The notes under the pieces: model-generated | The model's database searches: none | Told to the model about the DNA's origin: nothing | What the model saw: only the letters and a program-made list of their open reading frames with translations | Shown here: positions 29,402-39,224 of the stretch, piece after piece | How positions within the stretch are numbered: the stretch's first letter is position 1 | Layout of the letters: every line of letters begins with the position of its first letter | Position numbers and translations under genes: made by a program | Virus record (IMG/VR): IMGVR_UViG_3300030099_008323 | Coordinates: 122,104-186,103 of that record | Source of the DNA: a virus | Reading direction: 5' to 3' (one strand) | Length of the DNA stretch: 64,000 nucleotides

Positions 29402-32400
29402 TTATACAAACATATCATACATTTGTTTGGCAGTATCATCTACAGAAAGATCTATGGTGGTTGTGTCTTCATCATCTTGCTCTTCTGCCGGTTCGTTATT
29501 ATCCACGTCAACATCTTCTTCACCTATCAAGTTATCATCTCTTTTGGCTGACATAGGTACTTCAGAAGCAAATTTTTCTGCAGATCCAGCTACTTGTGCA
29601 CCGCTAGGCTTTTCAGTGCTAACTCCTGTAAATGCTGGTTGTTGCCCTAGTGTTCTAGCTAAATCCTCTTCAAAAGATGCTAGCCATAAATCAATATTGT
29701 ATAGAGTGTAGTTTTTAAATTGTTCAACATACTCTGAATTTTGTGCTAATGCTTTTCTTTTATCTGCTAACACAGACTCAATGTTTGAATCATTTATTGT
29801 CTCAAATGCAACTCTTGCTCCAGTAGGATCCAAGCCCTCTTCTTTAAAATCTTCAAAATCACTTTCAAGTTGATCCTCTGGGGACATTTCTGCTTTTTTA
29901 AAGCGCGCATCTTCTTTACCATCAGATGGCATAACTCTGTCAGGATCATCTAACTCAATACTGATTTTATTATCGCTTTCCTGCTCAGTAAGATCACCTT
30001 CGCCTAGAGCACCCAGCGCCCTTGCATCTAATGATTCAAAGCCACCAAAAGTTGATTTCATTTTTGATAATACATGCGCGCGATATGATTGACGCTCTTC
30101 AGGCTTTGAAAGTTTTCTTAAGCCAGATTTAATAATTGGTAAAATTTGGCTTAAAGCATCTGCTAACATGTTAATTGGAGTTGAAGAATAGGGAGCTGGC
30201 TTGGTGTCGGCATCAATATCTGCTTCTGTAATAATATGTCTAACAACTTTTCTCAATTTGTTTTCTTGAAGTTTTGTATCTATTAGGTTTTGTTTTTTAT
30301 TTATCTCCCTAATTCTGATAGCTTGTCTGATTATTTTTCTCAACTGCTTTTCTTGTAGTGTGTCTTCCATTTTATTACTCCCAGGCGAAAATGCCATTGA
30401 ACCTCCAGCAACAGATGATTGCTCAGATACAGCCATTGCCCTGTCTTTAATTTCTTCATCAGATTTTTGGTACTGATTAATTAACACCTTTAATTTTTTT
30501 TGTATGTCTAGTGATAGCCGACTAATCATACTTTCTAAATCATTATCAGAGATATTCGCCCCAACAATTTTTGGATCTAATACTATATCAACTGCTTTAC
30601 TTTTAATTATATCCTCAGGATTAGTAAACTCTTCTTTTTCAGCCTGCTCAACCAAAGAAAATAGGTAGTTCATCGTAAAAAAACCCTCTGCAACAACCTC
30701 CTGTGAGTTGGTTTGTTTGTTTAACACCTGGATGACATCATCATAAAAGTTATCATCAGGCATAAGTTTTTTAAAAGTCTTCCAGTCTCCTTTAACAAAA
30801 GCTTGCCTCATTCTTGTAGCACTTGCTGCTTCACCGTCAACTTCTAAAGCTTTTGCGGGTGGGTAATCTACAACTTCAGCATTTGCCGTAGATGGTTTAT
30901 TTTGAAAATGATTGTAAAAACCTTTAATTCTTTCTTTATCGCCTCCTTTATCGCTAGCGCCTAAAGCAAAAACAACTCCTGGAAACTGAGAAACAAATTT
31001 TTGATCATTCATAAATTCATAACAAGTTGTCATTGGCGTAGGCCACTTGCCCTGATCTTTAAACTCTACTTTATCGCTAAATCCACCATATATGTCAAAT
31101 ATCGCTTTACTTTGTTGATAAGTTACAGTTAAGCCAGGCTCTTTTCTAGGTTTAAACCCAGTAACAACAATAACTTTTAAAACATCAGGTCTTTTTTCAT
31201 ATTGTTTAATCATTGAATAATGACCATTAGTGGGTGGCTTAAATCCACCAGGGATAAGAACAACTACTTTTCTTTGCTGTTCTGCAACAGGTGCAGCTTC
31301 TATAGCGTAACTTTCCAATAACTCACCATATTTAAATTTATTTTCATGCATCGCTTCTGCTGAATCAGAAGGTATATCTTCGCCTTTTGGTGTAACACCA
31401 AAGCCGCCGCCTCTATTATCTACAATAAACTCTCCAGTAAATTTAAATGCAATACCATCACATATGTCTGTTGATTGTATGACAATACCTTCATGCTTCT
31501 CATCTCCGCCCTCAACACCTAAATCTACATCGGTCATAATAGATTTTTTCAAGGCGTTACCAATATGACGCACGGCATGCCAAAGAATGACTGCACTGTT
31601 GATCGCCTCTGCATCACGAGGGCTAGCACCTATATCAAACGGACCAATTCCAGTTTCGTGGCCCTTCACCATAACGTCTTCATACATTTTAAGGGCAAAT
31701 GCGCTTTGCTTCGGGTCTTTTATATAATCATCTTTAGTACGAATTTTACCTTTTACCGATTCACCATCTGCAGTAAAGCCTGGAGTATCTGGATAGTAAG
31801 CAATATGCGCAGGATTTTCTTTTACTGATAAAAGAAGTTCTTTTAGTGTTCTACCTTCAAGCTCACCTGTTTGTTCATTAATCCTGACAGGGCCAACACT
31901 CATTTGCTCATTAACTTTTTTATAATTGTAAGAAACTCTCATATTGAGAGCTTCCTCAATTCTCCTCAACACCATCTCTCTTGTAAGACCTTCTTTAAAC
32001 CTAACACCAATTTTTGTATATACATTAAATGGCATGTCTAGTTCAGTTGCATGTCTTTGTATGGCTTTTGCAAGGTTATCAAGCACCTCTTGATGTTCTT
32101 GTTTCTTTGCCTTTAACTCGTTATTTTTTGCAGCAATAAGCTGGTCAATCTGTACAGTGTCTTGGCGTTGGGCCAGTAATTCATCTTTTTTCTTAAGGAG
32201 ATCATTAATTTCTGCAACTGTTTCCCAATAGAAACCTCTTGTAAGGCGCCTCGACTTTGTTTTTCCTGTTTTAGTTTCTTTTGTTTCGGTATAAAACTCT
32301 GAAAGTCTATGAATAGCGATATAATTTTGCTTATAATTAACATTATTTTTTACTGGCTTATAACCTCTTTCTGCGTTCGGGCCTTTTGGATCGTCTGCAT

Positions 32401-32854
32401 TTGCATAATATTCAGCATCAAAAAAGACTCCTTCGGGCCCCATGCGCTCAAAAAGACCCAAAGCCTCAACATATGGTCTTAGTTCCATTAAATTATGATT
32501 TAATATCTTCGACATGTGGTTGACAACCTGAACCATTCCATGTCCTTCGTTGCCTCCAAATCTTTGCACCACATTATCTGGAGTCACACCTTCAAAATCA
32601 TATTTTGTTTTTGTACCACGCGTTTTTCCGCCTCTATCTATTACAAACATGAATCCTGCAGGATTATTTGCTTTCTGAAGACGAAAAGATGTATTAACAC
32701 CGTCTAATTTTACAGAAACAGAGCTTCCTTTTGATTCTTCTTCGTAAAGAGGTATAGCATTTACCGCTTTTACGTAAAAATTAATTAAATCACGGCCATT
32801 TCTTACCTCACGGCAATCAAATGGATGTGCCATATGTCCAGCAGCACCGCCCAT
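29402..32854 (-). CDS. Multidomain protein: ligase-like nucleotidyltransferase domain + cytidylyltransferase-like (HxGH) domain + acidic tail
   Basis: GGAAGHMAHP; SVKLDG; EGIVI; FKFTG; PGGFKPPTNGH; SATRMR. Confidence 0.65.
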   Translation of the reverse strand: MGGAAGHMAHPFDCREVRNGRDLINFYVKAVNAIPLYEEESKGSSVSVKLDGVNTSFRLQKANNPAGFMFVIDRGGKTRGTKTKYDFEGVTPDNVVQRFGGNEGHGMVQVVNHMSKILNHNLMELRPYVEALGLFERMGPEGVFFDAEYYANADDPKGPNAERGYKPVKNNVNYKQNYIAIHRLSEFYTETKETKTGKTKSRRLTRGFYWETVAEINDLLKKKDELLAQRQDTVQIDQLIAAKNNELKAKKQEHQEVLDNLAKAIQRHATELDMPFNVYTKIGVRFKEGLTREMVLRRIEEALNMRVSYNYKKVNEQMSVGPVRINEQTGELEGRTLKELLLSVKENPAHIAYYPDTPGFTADGESVKGKIRTKDDYIKDPKQSAFALKMYEDVMVKGHETGIGPFDIGASPRDAEAINSAVILWHAVRHIGNALKKSIMTDVDLGVEGGDEKHEGIVIQSTDICDGIAFKFTGEFIVDNRGGGFGVTPKGEDIPSDSAEAMHENKFKYGELLESYAIEAAPVAEQQRKVVVLIPGGFKPPTNGHYSMIKQYEKRPDVLKVIVVTGFKPRKEPGLTVTYQQSKAIFDIYGGFSDKVEFKDQGKWPTPMTTCYEFMNDQKFVSQFPGVVFALGASDKGGDKERIKGFYNHFQNKPSTANAEVVDYPPAKALEVDGEAASATRMRQAFVKGDWKTFKKLMPDDNFYDDVIQVLNKQTNSQEVVAEGFFTMNYLFSLVEQAEKEEFTNPEDIIKSKAVDIVLDPKIVGANISDNDLESMISRLSLDIQKKLKVLINQYQKSDEEIKDRAMAVSEQSSVAGGSMAFSPGSNKMEDTLQEKQLRKIIRQAIRIREINKKQNLIDTKLQENKLRKVVRHIITEADIDADTKPAPYSSTPINMLADALSQILPIIKSGLRKLSKPEERQSYRAHVLSKMKSTFGGFESLDARALGALGEGDLTEQESDNKISIELDDPDRVMPSDGKEDARFKKAEMSPEDQLESDFEDFKEEGLDPTGARVAFETINDSNIESVLADKRKALAQNSEYVEQFKNYTLYNIDLWLASFEEDLARTLGQQPAFTGVSTEKPSGAQVAGSAEKFASEVPMSAKRDDNLIGEEDVDVDNNEPAEEQDDEDTTTIDLSVDDTAKQMYDMFV

Positions 32855-32865
32855 ATAATTTCCCC

Positions 32866-33867
32866 TTATTTAGTCCATTTTTTAACTAATCTTTCGAAAA
32901 GTAACTGATCTTTCTTCGAAGTAAAAGATTCATTAAGATTTTCATTAGTTTTTTTAATTTTTTTAGTTTTTTTAATTTTTTTAGTTTTTGTCAGCCCATC
33001 GATGGCTCTTTTGAGAGCGGCTTTTGCTGAATCGACTCTATCCTTAAGATCTTTATTATCTGGATCTTTTTTAAGCTTTTCTTCAGCTCTTTTTAGCCTT
33101 TTTTCAGCTTCTTCAACTGCAGTCGGCTTCTTTTTAGGCTCAAGATCTTTTGCAGTGCCTTTAAATCTATCAAGCTTGGTAGGATCACCTTCTTCAAGTT
33201 TTTCATCGTGTCTTTTGCCGGCTGAATAATGCCCCTCTTCCATTTCTGCTTCGTCAGTAGTTTCGCCACCAGCTTTGCTAATAATTGCTTGTTGCAAACT
33301 ATCTGGAAGCGTATCTTGATCTCCTATAAGGGCTGGATTCTCATCATACTTTGGTGTCGACAATTGTTTTTCTTGTAGCATCTTGAAAGCTATATCTGTT
33401 AGCTTATCAAGGGCCTCCTCTTGTAAAAGTGACTTAATCATAGTGTTGTTCTCCTTGAGTTGGTCTTCGTAATCTCTAAAAATAAGGCCATTACCTAATA
33501 AATAGGCTTCAGCCTCCATATTTCGCATATGAGGGTCTTTTTGTGCATATCCAGGGCCAGTTGATACCTCTGAATCAAATTCACCCCTACAATTTTGTGT
33601 GTGGTGCACTAATTCATGTGACAAAGACCGTAAAATATCTTTGACATGACGTTTATCAACATAAATTGTTATTTCTAAGATATTTGGGTCGTAATAAGCT
33701 GTTTTTCCAAAAGGATTTTCAGCATTTTTAACATCTGATACAAAATTAACACCAACTGGCTTGTTAAATCCTAATTTTTTTTGTGCGTATGGCAAAAAAT
33801 CAGAGGCATGCCTTACAATATCACCGCACTTGCCAGTTGTATCGTTTATTTTGAACATTTTATTCAT
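32866..33867 (-). CDS. HExxH-containing protein with coiled-coil/basic C-terminus
   Basis: RSLSHELVHHTQ...E.EA; KTKKIK tandem near the C-terminus. Confidence 0.55.
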   Translation of the reverse strand: MNKMFKINDTTGKCGDIVRHASDFLPYAQKKLGFNKPVGVNFVSDVKNAENPFGKTAYYDPNILEITIYVDKRHVKDILRSLSHELVHHTQNCRGEFDSEVSTGPGYAQKDPHMRNMEAEAYLLGNGLIFRDYEDQLKENNTMIKSLLQEEALDKLTDIAFKMLQEKQLSTPKYDENPALIGDQDTLPDSLQQAIISKAGGETTDEAEMEEGHYSAGKRHDEKLEEGDPTKLDRFKGTAKDLEPKKKPTAVEEAEKRLKRAEEKLKKDPDNKDLKDRVDSAKAALKRAIDGLTKTKKIKKTKKIKKTNENLNESFTSKKDQLLFERLVKKWTK

Positions 33868-34817
33868 TAAGCGCCTCCAAAACCAGCAGGTGCCGATTTA
33901 CCACGTTTATAATTAGGTTTTTTTGTATATGGGGGCGTATTTTTTTGCATGCCATGTTTTAAAAGTCTTTTTTTCATTCTAGAATGCCTAGCAAGGTACT
34001 TTTTTTGGATTGGTTCTATCTCATTAAGGGTGTAAAATCCAGTTTTCTCCTCATTTACGTCTTGATTTAAGAATATTTTGAATTTTCTATGGTATTTACC
34101 GTCTAATGACATCATTCTATCATAAGAATCTGTCTTTAGTTTATGTAAGAGGTCAATATATTTGTTGTTTCTTAGAAATTTAAAGGCTAGATTCTCGTTT
34201 GAATACTCACCTTTGTCTTCAAGTCCAGATTGACGAAATTTTTTAATCTTTTTTGTTAATTTAGAAGCAATTTCATGTGTTTGTTTGAATTTTTTGACGT
34301 CAAACATATCCTCAACACGCTCTATCATATCAACAAATGACATTGCCTTTCTTTTTACCATGTCCATATCAAATTTATAGTATTCCGGTGCTAACTTAAC
34401 CGGCTCTGCAATCCAACTATCTTTTAGAATTGAATAAACACCTGTTGAGTGGTGCTCTTCTTCGTTATGTTGGACGTAAATTTCAACTTCAAAGCCAAAA
34501 ATTTTAATATTATGCTTATTGTTCCACAATGTTGTCTTTGCACTAAAAAAATCTCTAACTAAATCATAGTTATCATTGATATCTGAGAAGTCGACTATTA
34601 AATGCAAGTCTATGTCTGAATACTTTGTGTAATTGTAGTTAGCTATCGAGCCTGTGAATGTAATATCTTCAATGATTCCATTCTTGAGGTCTAAACTATT
34701 AAAAAAATCTTCAGCAATTTCAATAAGCTTTTTGCGTATTTTTGGATTTAAAGATTTATTTTGCCAAATTTTTGATTGTAAATCATCATTAACAACACCG
34801 ACTTGATCAAAATTCAT
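33867..34817 (-). CDS. Pol-beta-superfamily nucleotidyltransferase
   Basis: TGSIANYNYTKYSDIDLH plus EVEIY third acidic residue. Confidence 0.75.
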   Translation of the reverse strand: MNFDQVGVVNDDLQSKIWQNKSLNPKIRKKLIEIAEDFFNSLDLKNGIIEDITFTGSIANYNYTKYSDIDLHLIVDFSDINDNYDLVRDFFSAKTTLWNNKHNIKIFGFEVEIYVQHNEEEHHSTGVYSILKDSWIAEPVKLAPEYYKFDMDMVKRKAMSFVDMIERVEDMFDVKKFKQTHEIASKLTKKIKKFRQSGLEDKGEYSNENLAFKFLRNNKYIDLLHKLKTDSYDRMMSLDGKYHRKFKIFLNQDVNEEKTGFYTLNEIEPIQKKYLARHSRMKKRLLKHGMQKNTPPYTKKPNYKRGKSAPAGFGGA

Positions 34818-34880
34818 ATTTTACCTCAAAGTAAATAGTTTTAAAATTTTTACTATGAATATTTTGTTAGTATATTGTAA

Positions 34881-35069
34881 ATGGAGGAAAAAATGAAATA
34901 TTTTTATAATACTGCTAGCATATTTCTGCTTTTGGCAATTTTATTTTTTATCTTGAAAGCACTTTTCAAGATCACCATCAACACTATTGCATCCGTGTGT
35001 AAAATATTTTATTGCACATGCATCGGAGTGCATGGACTTGTTTTTAATTGGAACTCTAGATGGCTATAA
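34881..35069 (+). CDS. Small membrane protein
   Basis: GGAGG RBS; hydrophobic N-half. Confidence 0.4.
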   Translation: MEEKMKYFYNTASIFLLLAILFFILKALFKITINTIASVCKIFYCTCIGVHGLVFNWNSRWL

Positions 35070-35297
35070 TTTTTCTAATTTGCCTTCAAGGCGCCCAACA
35101 ATTCTTAGAATCTCACTATTGTTTGTGCGAATAACCGAGATATCCTCTCTGAGGACCTCTATTTCACGCTCAATATCTTTAAATTTTGGTTCATTAATTG
35201 TTTGTACCCAAAAAATCACGCCAGCAATTGTGGCAATTAGAGCCACAATCAAAGTAAACCAATCTTTAAATGCCTGAATATTTAAATTACTGTTCAT
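35064..35297 (-). CDS. Single-TM coiled-coil protein (holin/XhlA-like candidate)
   Basis: TM FTLIVALIATIAGVIFWV followed by heptad repeats; next to the endolysin. Confidence 0.45.
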   Translation of the reverse strand: MNSNLNIQAFKDWFTLIVALIATIAGVIFWVQTINEPKFKDIEREIEVLREDISVIRTNNSEILRIVGRLEGKLEKL

Positions 35298-35523
35298 ATT
35301 TAGACCCCGATCGTTTTTTTATTTTCTTTTCAACTCTTTGTAGGCGTTTCATAATCTTTTTTTGTTGATTTTTTACATTTACAGAATCTTTTTTATGAAC
35401 TACTTTTACAATCTTAGGCGTTGCGGCTACAACTATTAAAGAATTTATAAAAATACTAACAGCAAAAAATAAAAAAGAACAAAAAAGATATTTATTAAGA
35501 ATTTTTTTGCTACACGTTAGCAC
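35287..35523 (-). CDS. Small TM/signal-anchored basic protein
   Basis: Hydrophobic N-terminus and Lys-rich C-terminus. Confidence 0.4.
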   Translation of the reverse strand: MLTCSKKILNKYLFCSFLFFAVSIFINSLIVVAATPKIVKVVHKKDSVNVKNQQKKIMKRLQRVEKKIKKRSGSKYEQ

Positions 35524-35569
35524 TTTACGATTCCTCCGACTTATTTAAATAGTCCCCAGAAATACAATT

Positions 35570-35773
35570 ATGCAAGATATAAACCCCGGCGATATAGTAA
35601 CACTTAAAGGTCTCAGCAAACAAAAAGAAAAACCCCTTGGAATTGTTAAAAGAAAGCTAGATAGAAAAACTTTTGAAATATTTTGGATTAACGAGGGAAT
35701 AGCAACAAGATTTGCTTTAGTTGATATGGCTAAATCTCATAGATTAGAAATTATTAGCCAAGCTGCTCAATAA
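35570..35773 (+). CDS. Small KOW/SH3-like beta-barrel protein
   Basis: NPGDIV...GIV...EIFW...LEIISQ, the same pattern as the early-region family. Confidence 0.5.
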   Translation: MQDINPGDIVTLKGLSKQKEKPLGIVKRKLDRKTFEIFWINEGIATRFALVDMAKSHRLEIISQAAQ

Positions 35774-36602
35774 TATCCTTCAAATCTAGACCGGCACAAT
35801 CAATTTTATTCCTTGTTAGATGATAGTGACAAACTACACCTTTGTATTTTCCCTTAGAGGCTTCTGGTACAACTCCATTGTTTGTCATGTTTTCATTAAT
35901 CATTGGTGTTTGAAGGGGAATATTGTAGTGTCCACACAAAACTTCAATTAGTTTTTTGTAAGCTTCAATTTGTATCCTATAATACCCTAAGTGCGGTTTA
36001 AGCCTGATGCCGTGAACTTTACTGTCTTTGCAAATCGGTCTAGGCCCGAAACCTCTTTTTTGATACCAGTCTTGATATTTTGTATAATAAGCATTTGAAA
36101 AATCAACACCAATAGAGTATTTGTTAACTTTTCCTGCATGCCAGGCAACATGGTTTGTATCAACATATTGATGGATCACACCATCATTGTCAATACAAAA
36201 ATGTGTAGATATTTTTCTCGCCTGTAAAACACGCTTACACCTTTCTGCAGACGTTGTTGCATCCCAGTGTGTAACAATCATATTTGGATTTCTCTCACGT
36301 CTCCATTTTCTGTAACAATTAGAAGGCATTAAATCTTGCTTAACATCCCACTCAATATCAACTTGTTGTCCGTTGATTAGTAAATAATTATCTGATTCTT
36401 GTAAATCTCGCTCAGCCAACAATCTTCTAAATGTATTAGGACCAACTTTGCCATCTACACTTAAATCATGTAACATTTGAAAATGTTTGATACTTTGTAT
36501 TAAATCAGAATTAATATCATGTATATTGGGGTTAAGCCAAGACGGATGCCACCCATATTTTTTCGATGATCTTTTATTGTAATTAATTAATAACCATTCC
36601 AT
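35754..36602 (-). CDS. Endolysin: peptidoglycan-binding domain + Amidase_2 N-acetylmuramoyl-L-alanine amidase
   Basis: FQ..HDLSVDGKVGPNT; VTHWD; STHFCID.DG; AWHAG..N..SIG; H...NKIDC. Confidence 0.85.
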   Translation of the reverse strand: MEWLLINYNKRSSKKYGWHPSWLNPNIHDINSDLIQSIKHFQMLHDLSVDGKVGPNTFRRLLAERDLQESDNYLLINGQQVDIEWDVKQDLMPSNCYRKWRRERNPNMIVTHWDATTSAERCKRVLQARKISTHFCIDNDGVIHQYVDTNHVAWHAGKVNKYSIGVDFSNAYYTKYQDWYQKRGFGPRPICKDSKVHGIRLKPHLGYYRIQIEAYKKLIEVLCGHYNIPLQTPMINENMTNNGVVPEASKGKYKGVVCHYHLTRNKIDCAGLDLKDIIEQLG

Positions 36603-36606
36603 TACA

Positions 36607-37158
36607 TCAACCTCTCAATCTTATATATATTTTTTTATTTTCATCGCTTTCAGTACCAAGAGTCATTTGAATTGATTTTAAATATGGCTTAGATAAGCTG
36701 CCTTTAGAATTAAAATCATTTATTTGTTGCATTGAAAAAAAACCATATTCTGTGTGTTCATCGCTAAGCTTTACCTCGCCACCACCAAATGCAGCCTGAA
36801 AAAATACTTTGTTGCCGTGGTTGTAATGAAGCGCTTTTGGTTCAAACACATTAAGTCCTGTTTCTTCGAACACCTCTCTTTCCAAAGCAGACAAAATATT
36901 CTCGTCGCTTTTCATATGTCCACCAGGCAAATCCCAGCCCATATCATTTTTTAATAAAAGTACTTTTCCATTTCTGTGCATAACAACTTTAACTGATTTT
37001 GATAGATCCTCTCCGGTTGCTTGTTGTTTGTCTGCTGGATATATATTTTTAACATATCCTAAATTATTTCCAATTGTTCCAGCTAGGCTCGGGCGATCTC
37101 CACCAAAATATGTGAGTTCATTAATATAGCCCCTCCAACTTTCAAATAATTTTTTCAT
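36607..37158 (-). CDS. Nudix hydrolase with MKKLFESWR leader
   Basis: Nudix box GGHMKSDENILSALEREVFEETGL; WDLPGG; LSDEH. Confidence 0.85.
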   Translation of the reverse strand: MKKLFESWRGYINELTYFGGDRPSLAGTIGNNLGYVKNIYPADKQQATGEDLSKSVKVVMHRNGKVLLLKNDMGWDLPGGHMKSDENILSALEREVFEETGLNVFEPKALHYNHGNKVFFQAAFGGGEVKLSDEHTEYGFFSMQQINDFNSKGSLSKPYLKSIQMTLGTESDENKKIYIRLRG

Positions 37159-37161
37159 ATG

Positions 37162-38472
37162 CTATTTTATCTCTTCAGGTGGCCCGGTGAAGGTGTAGGA
37201 TGAATTCTCAAGTTTTCTAATAGCCGGTATTACTTCATCGTATAGCTCTTTTACTCTTTTTCTAGCATTCTTATATCCTATTTTTGCAGATTCATAGTTT
37301 TTTTCCCAGTTTTTCTTCTCATTTTTATCAGTGCTAGGGTCATCGACATCAGGCTTAGCAATATTTTTTTTGTCACTAATGTATTTTTTTACATTTTCAT
37401 CAATGCCATATAATCTTACATGGAAGTGGTGAAAATGATTTTTTTCATGCCTAACTTTTGTCCCAAATATTTTTCTACTCAGCCACCTTTTTGATCTTTT
37501 TCCTGCTTTGATATCCTGCTTAAGCTTTTGTTTAATAGCAGCAATAATTTTTTCATCTATAAATATATACTCAACTATAAATTCTGTGCCTGCGCCCGGA
37601 CCATACAAGCAATGCGCTATGAAATTTATACATGCATCAATATCAATTTTTGATACGTCCCTACCTAGATTATCAAAATTCCAAGACTCTTTAGAGCCTC
37701 TTCTTTTATCTGAAACACTCATTTTTACTTTTCTTGTCGGTACGTATCCCTTTAAAGGCACATCACCTGTTATTTCTTTTCCTTTGAATTCTTGTTCCGA
37801 TAAAGTTGGTACTGACATATCAACGTCTAGACCCCATCTATGACTGCCATGGCCGTAGATCTTTGTACCTAGCTTATATCTACCGATATCTAGTTTGGAT
37901 ATGTCTTCAACAAACCATGGCGCATATTTTGCAACAGATGGGTTTACTTCAAGACTATTTAAAAACCTTATCATAGTTGGCCATCCCCATCTTCTATTGT
38001 TAGCTTCTTTCACTTCAACGACACTATTACCATTAAATTTTTTCAGGCCGGCCTTTGAGAATTCCTTTGGTGTTGGTAATGATGGTGGCGAGGTAAAGCT
38101 TGATAATTTTGCTGCAGCAAATTCTAGATACCTTAAATCGTCCTCCATCAACAGATATTTGTCTTGTACAACTCTTGCTATATCACTAGGATCAAGAAAT
38201 CCACGTATGTAGTACGATAATTCAACTGATTTCTTAACAAACTCCTCTCCTAGGCCTTTATCTTTTGCTTGTGATAAATACCACTTCCTAGCACGAACAT
38301 TACTCATAGCCCGGGCAACTTCCATAACCGCCTCAACATAATGATCTTCTGTGGGTTTATCTGGTGGTAGCTTTCCTAGTTTTGGATGATTTATTCCCTT
38401 AAGAGTTTTTGCTAGTGAAGAGTTATTTTGCTCTCCTATATAGGCGCGCCAATTTTCAAATAGTTTTTGCAT
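37162..38472 (-). CDS. MepA-like murein endopeptidase with MQKLFENWR leader
   Basis: HGSHRWGLDVD and HFHHFHVRL match the MepA/LAS zinc-peptidase motifs. Confidence 0.65.
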   Translation of the reverse strand: MQKLFENWRAYIGEQNNSSLAKTLKGINHPKLGKLPPDKPTEDHYVEAVMEVARAMSNVRARKWYLSQAKDKGLGEEFVKKSVELSYYIRGFLDPSDIARVVQDKYLLMEDDLRYLEFAAAKLSSFTSPPSLPTPKEFSKAGLKKFNGNSVVEVKEANNRRWGWPTMIRFLNSLEVNPSVAKYAPWFVEDISKLDIGRYKLGTKIYGHGSHRWGLDVDMSVPTLSEQEFKGKEITGDVPLKGYVPTRKVKMSVSDKRRGSKESWNFDNLGRDVSKIDIDACINFIAHCLYGPGAGTEFIVEYIFIDEKIIAAIKQKLKQDIKAGKRSKRWLSRKIFGTKVRHEKNHFHHFHVRLYGIDENVKKYISDKKNIAKPDVDDPSTDKNEKKNWEKNYESAKIGYKNARKRVKELYDEVIPAIRKLENSSYTFTGPPEEIK

Positions 38473-38473
38473 A

Positions 38474-38923
38474 CTATAGATCTCCAGATCTTACTGCCTC
38501 AAATTTATATTGACTCTCACATGAATAAGCTACGCTAAATCGCTGCATGACTGCTGATAAATCACCAAATAGCTGTTCTGAATTTTCTGTTGCACTCCCT
38601 ACAGTCCAATTAAGTTTCATTATCCACTCTCCATCGTCACAATAAAAAATAGATTCTGTAGCACAAATTTCACCATTCCAGTAATCCTCTCTTAACTCGC
38701 AACCAAAACGATCATTAATAATTACAACACCTTCGTCAATTTTAACATCTAGCTCCCCTAGTCTTCCACAGTCGCCACTAATTTCCCTAGTAACCATTTT
38801 ATATAACCCAGTTTGATCTTCTTGACTGGCTACACAATCATCTATAATATTTGTGCCTGTGCACATTATCATAAAATTACCAGCCAACACAATCAGGAGT
38901 AAAATTTTAAATATTTCTTTCAT
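38474..38923 (-). CDS. Exported/lipoprotein-like Cys-containing protein
   Basis: Hydrophobic signal ending ...MIMC; several Cys. Confidence 0.55.
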   Translation of the reverse strand: MKEIFKILLLIVLAGNFMIMCTGTNIIDDCVASQEDQTGLYKMVTREISGDCGRLGELDVKIDEGVVIINDRFGCELREDYWNGEICATESIFYCDDGEWIMKLNWTVGSATENSEQLFGDLSAVMQRFSVAYSCESQYKFEAVRSGDL

Positions 38924-38942
38924 AATAATAAATAGTCAATTA

Positions 38943-39212
38943 TTACTTAAAAACTTTTTCTTTAGCTGTCTCAAGAAGCTTGGGTAAAAAACTTTTTTTA
39001 AGCTTCATAAGCCTACCAAATTTTACCCTGTCTCTAGCGTCTGTATAAAGTGTCGTAGGTTTTTTTATCTCGCCATCAATTATTTGATCACTAAAATCAT
39101 AGAATTTTGACTTTGGTTGCTTACTTAATACCTCCGGACAAAACCATGGTAATAGCAGCGAAAAAATAGCTGCTATTGCCAAAATTATAATTAATTTACT
39201 CAGTTTACTCAT
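38943..39212 (-). CDS. CglF/GltF-like (myxobacterial gliding-motility) exported protein
   Basis: Signal peptide then YDFSDQIIDGEIKKP..LY..AR...FGRL.KLK.SF.PKL..TA, recalled as the CglF DF.D..I.GE..KP pattern. Confidence 0.6.
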   Translation of the reverse strand: MSKLSKLIIILAIAAIFSLLLPWFCPEVLSKQPKSKFYDFSDQIIDGEIKKPTTLYTDARDRVKFGRLMKLKKSFLPKLLETAKEKVFK

Positions 39213-39224
39213 ATGTTTCTCCTT

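Noticed and set aside
32940-32995. Short tandem repeat encoding KTKKIK
   Set aside because: Only about two 18-bp units in a Lys-rich tail; in frame, so no evidence of phase variation
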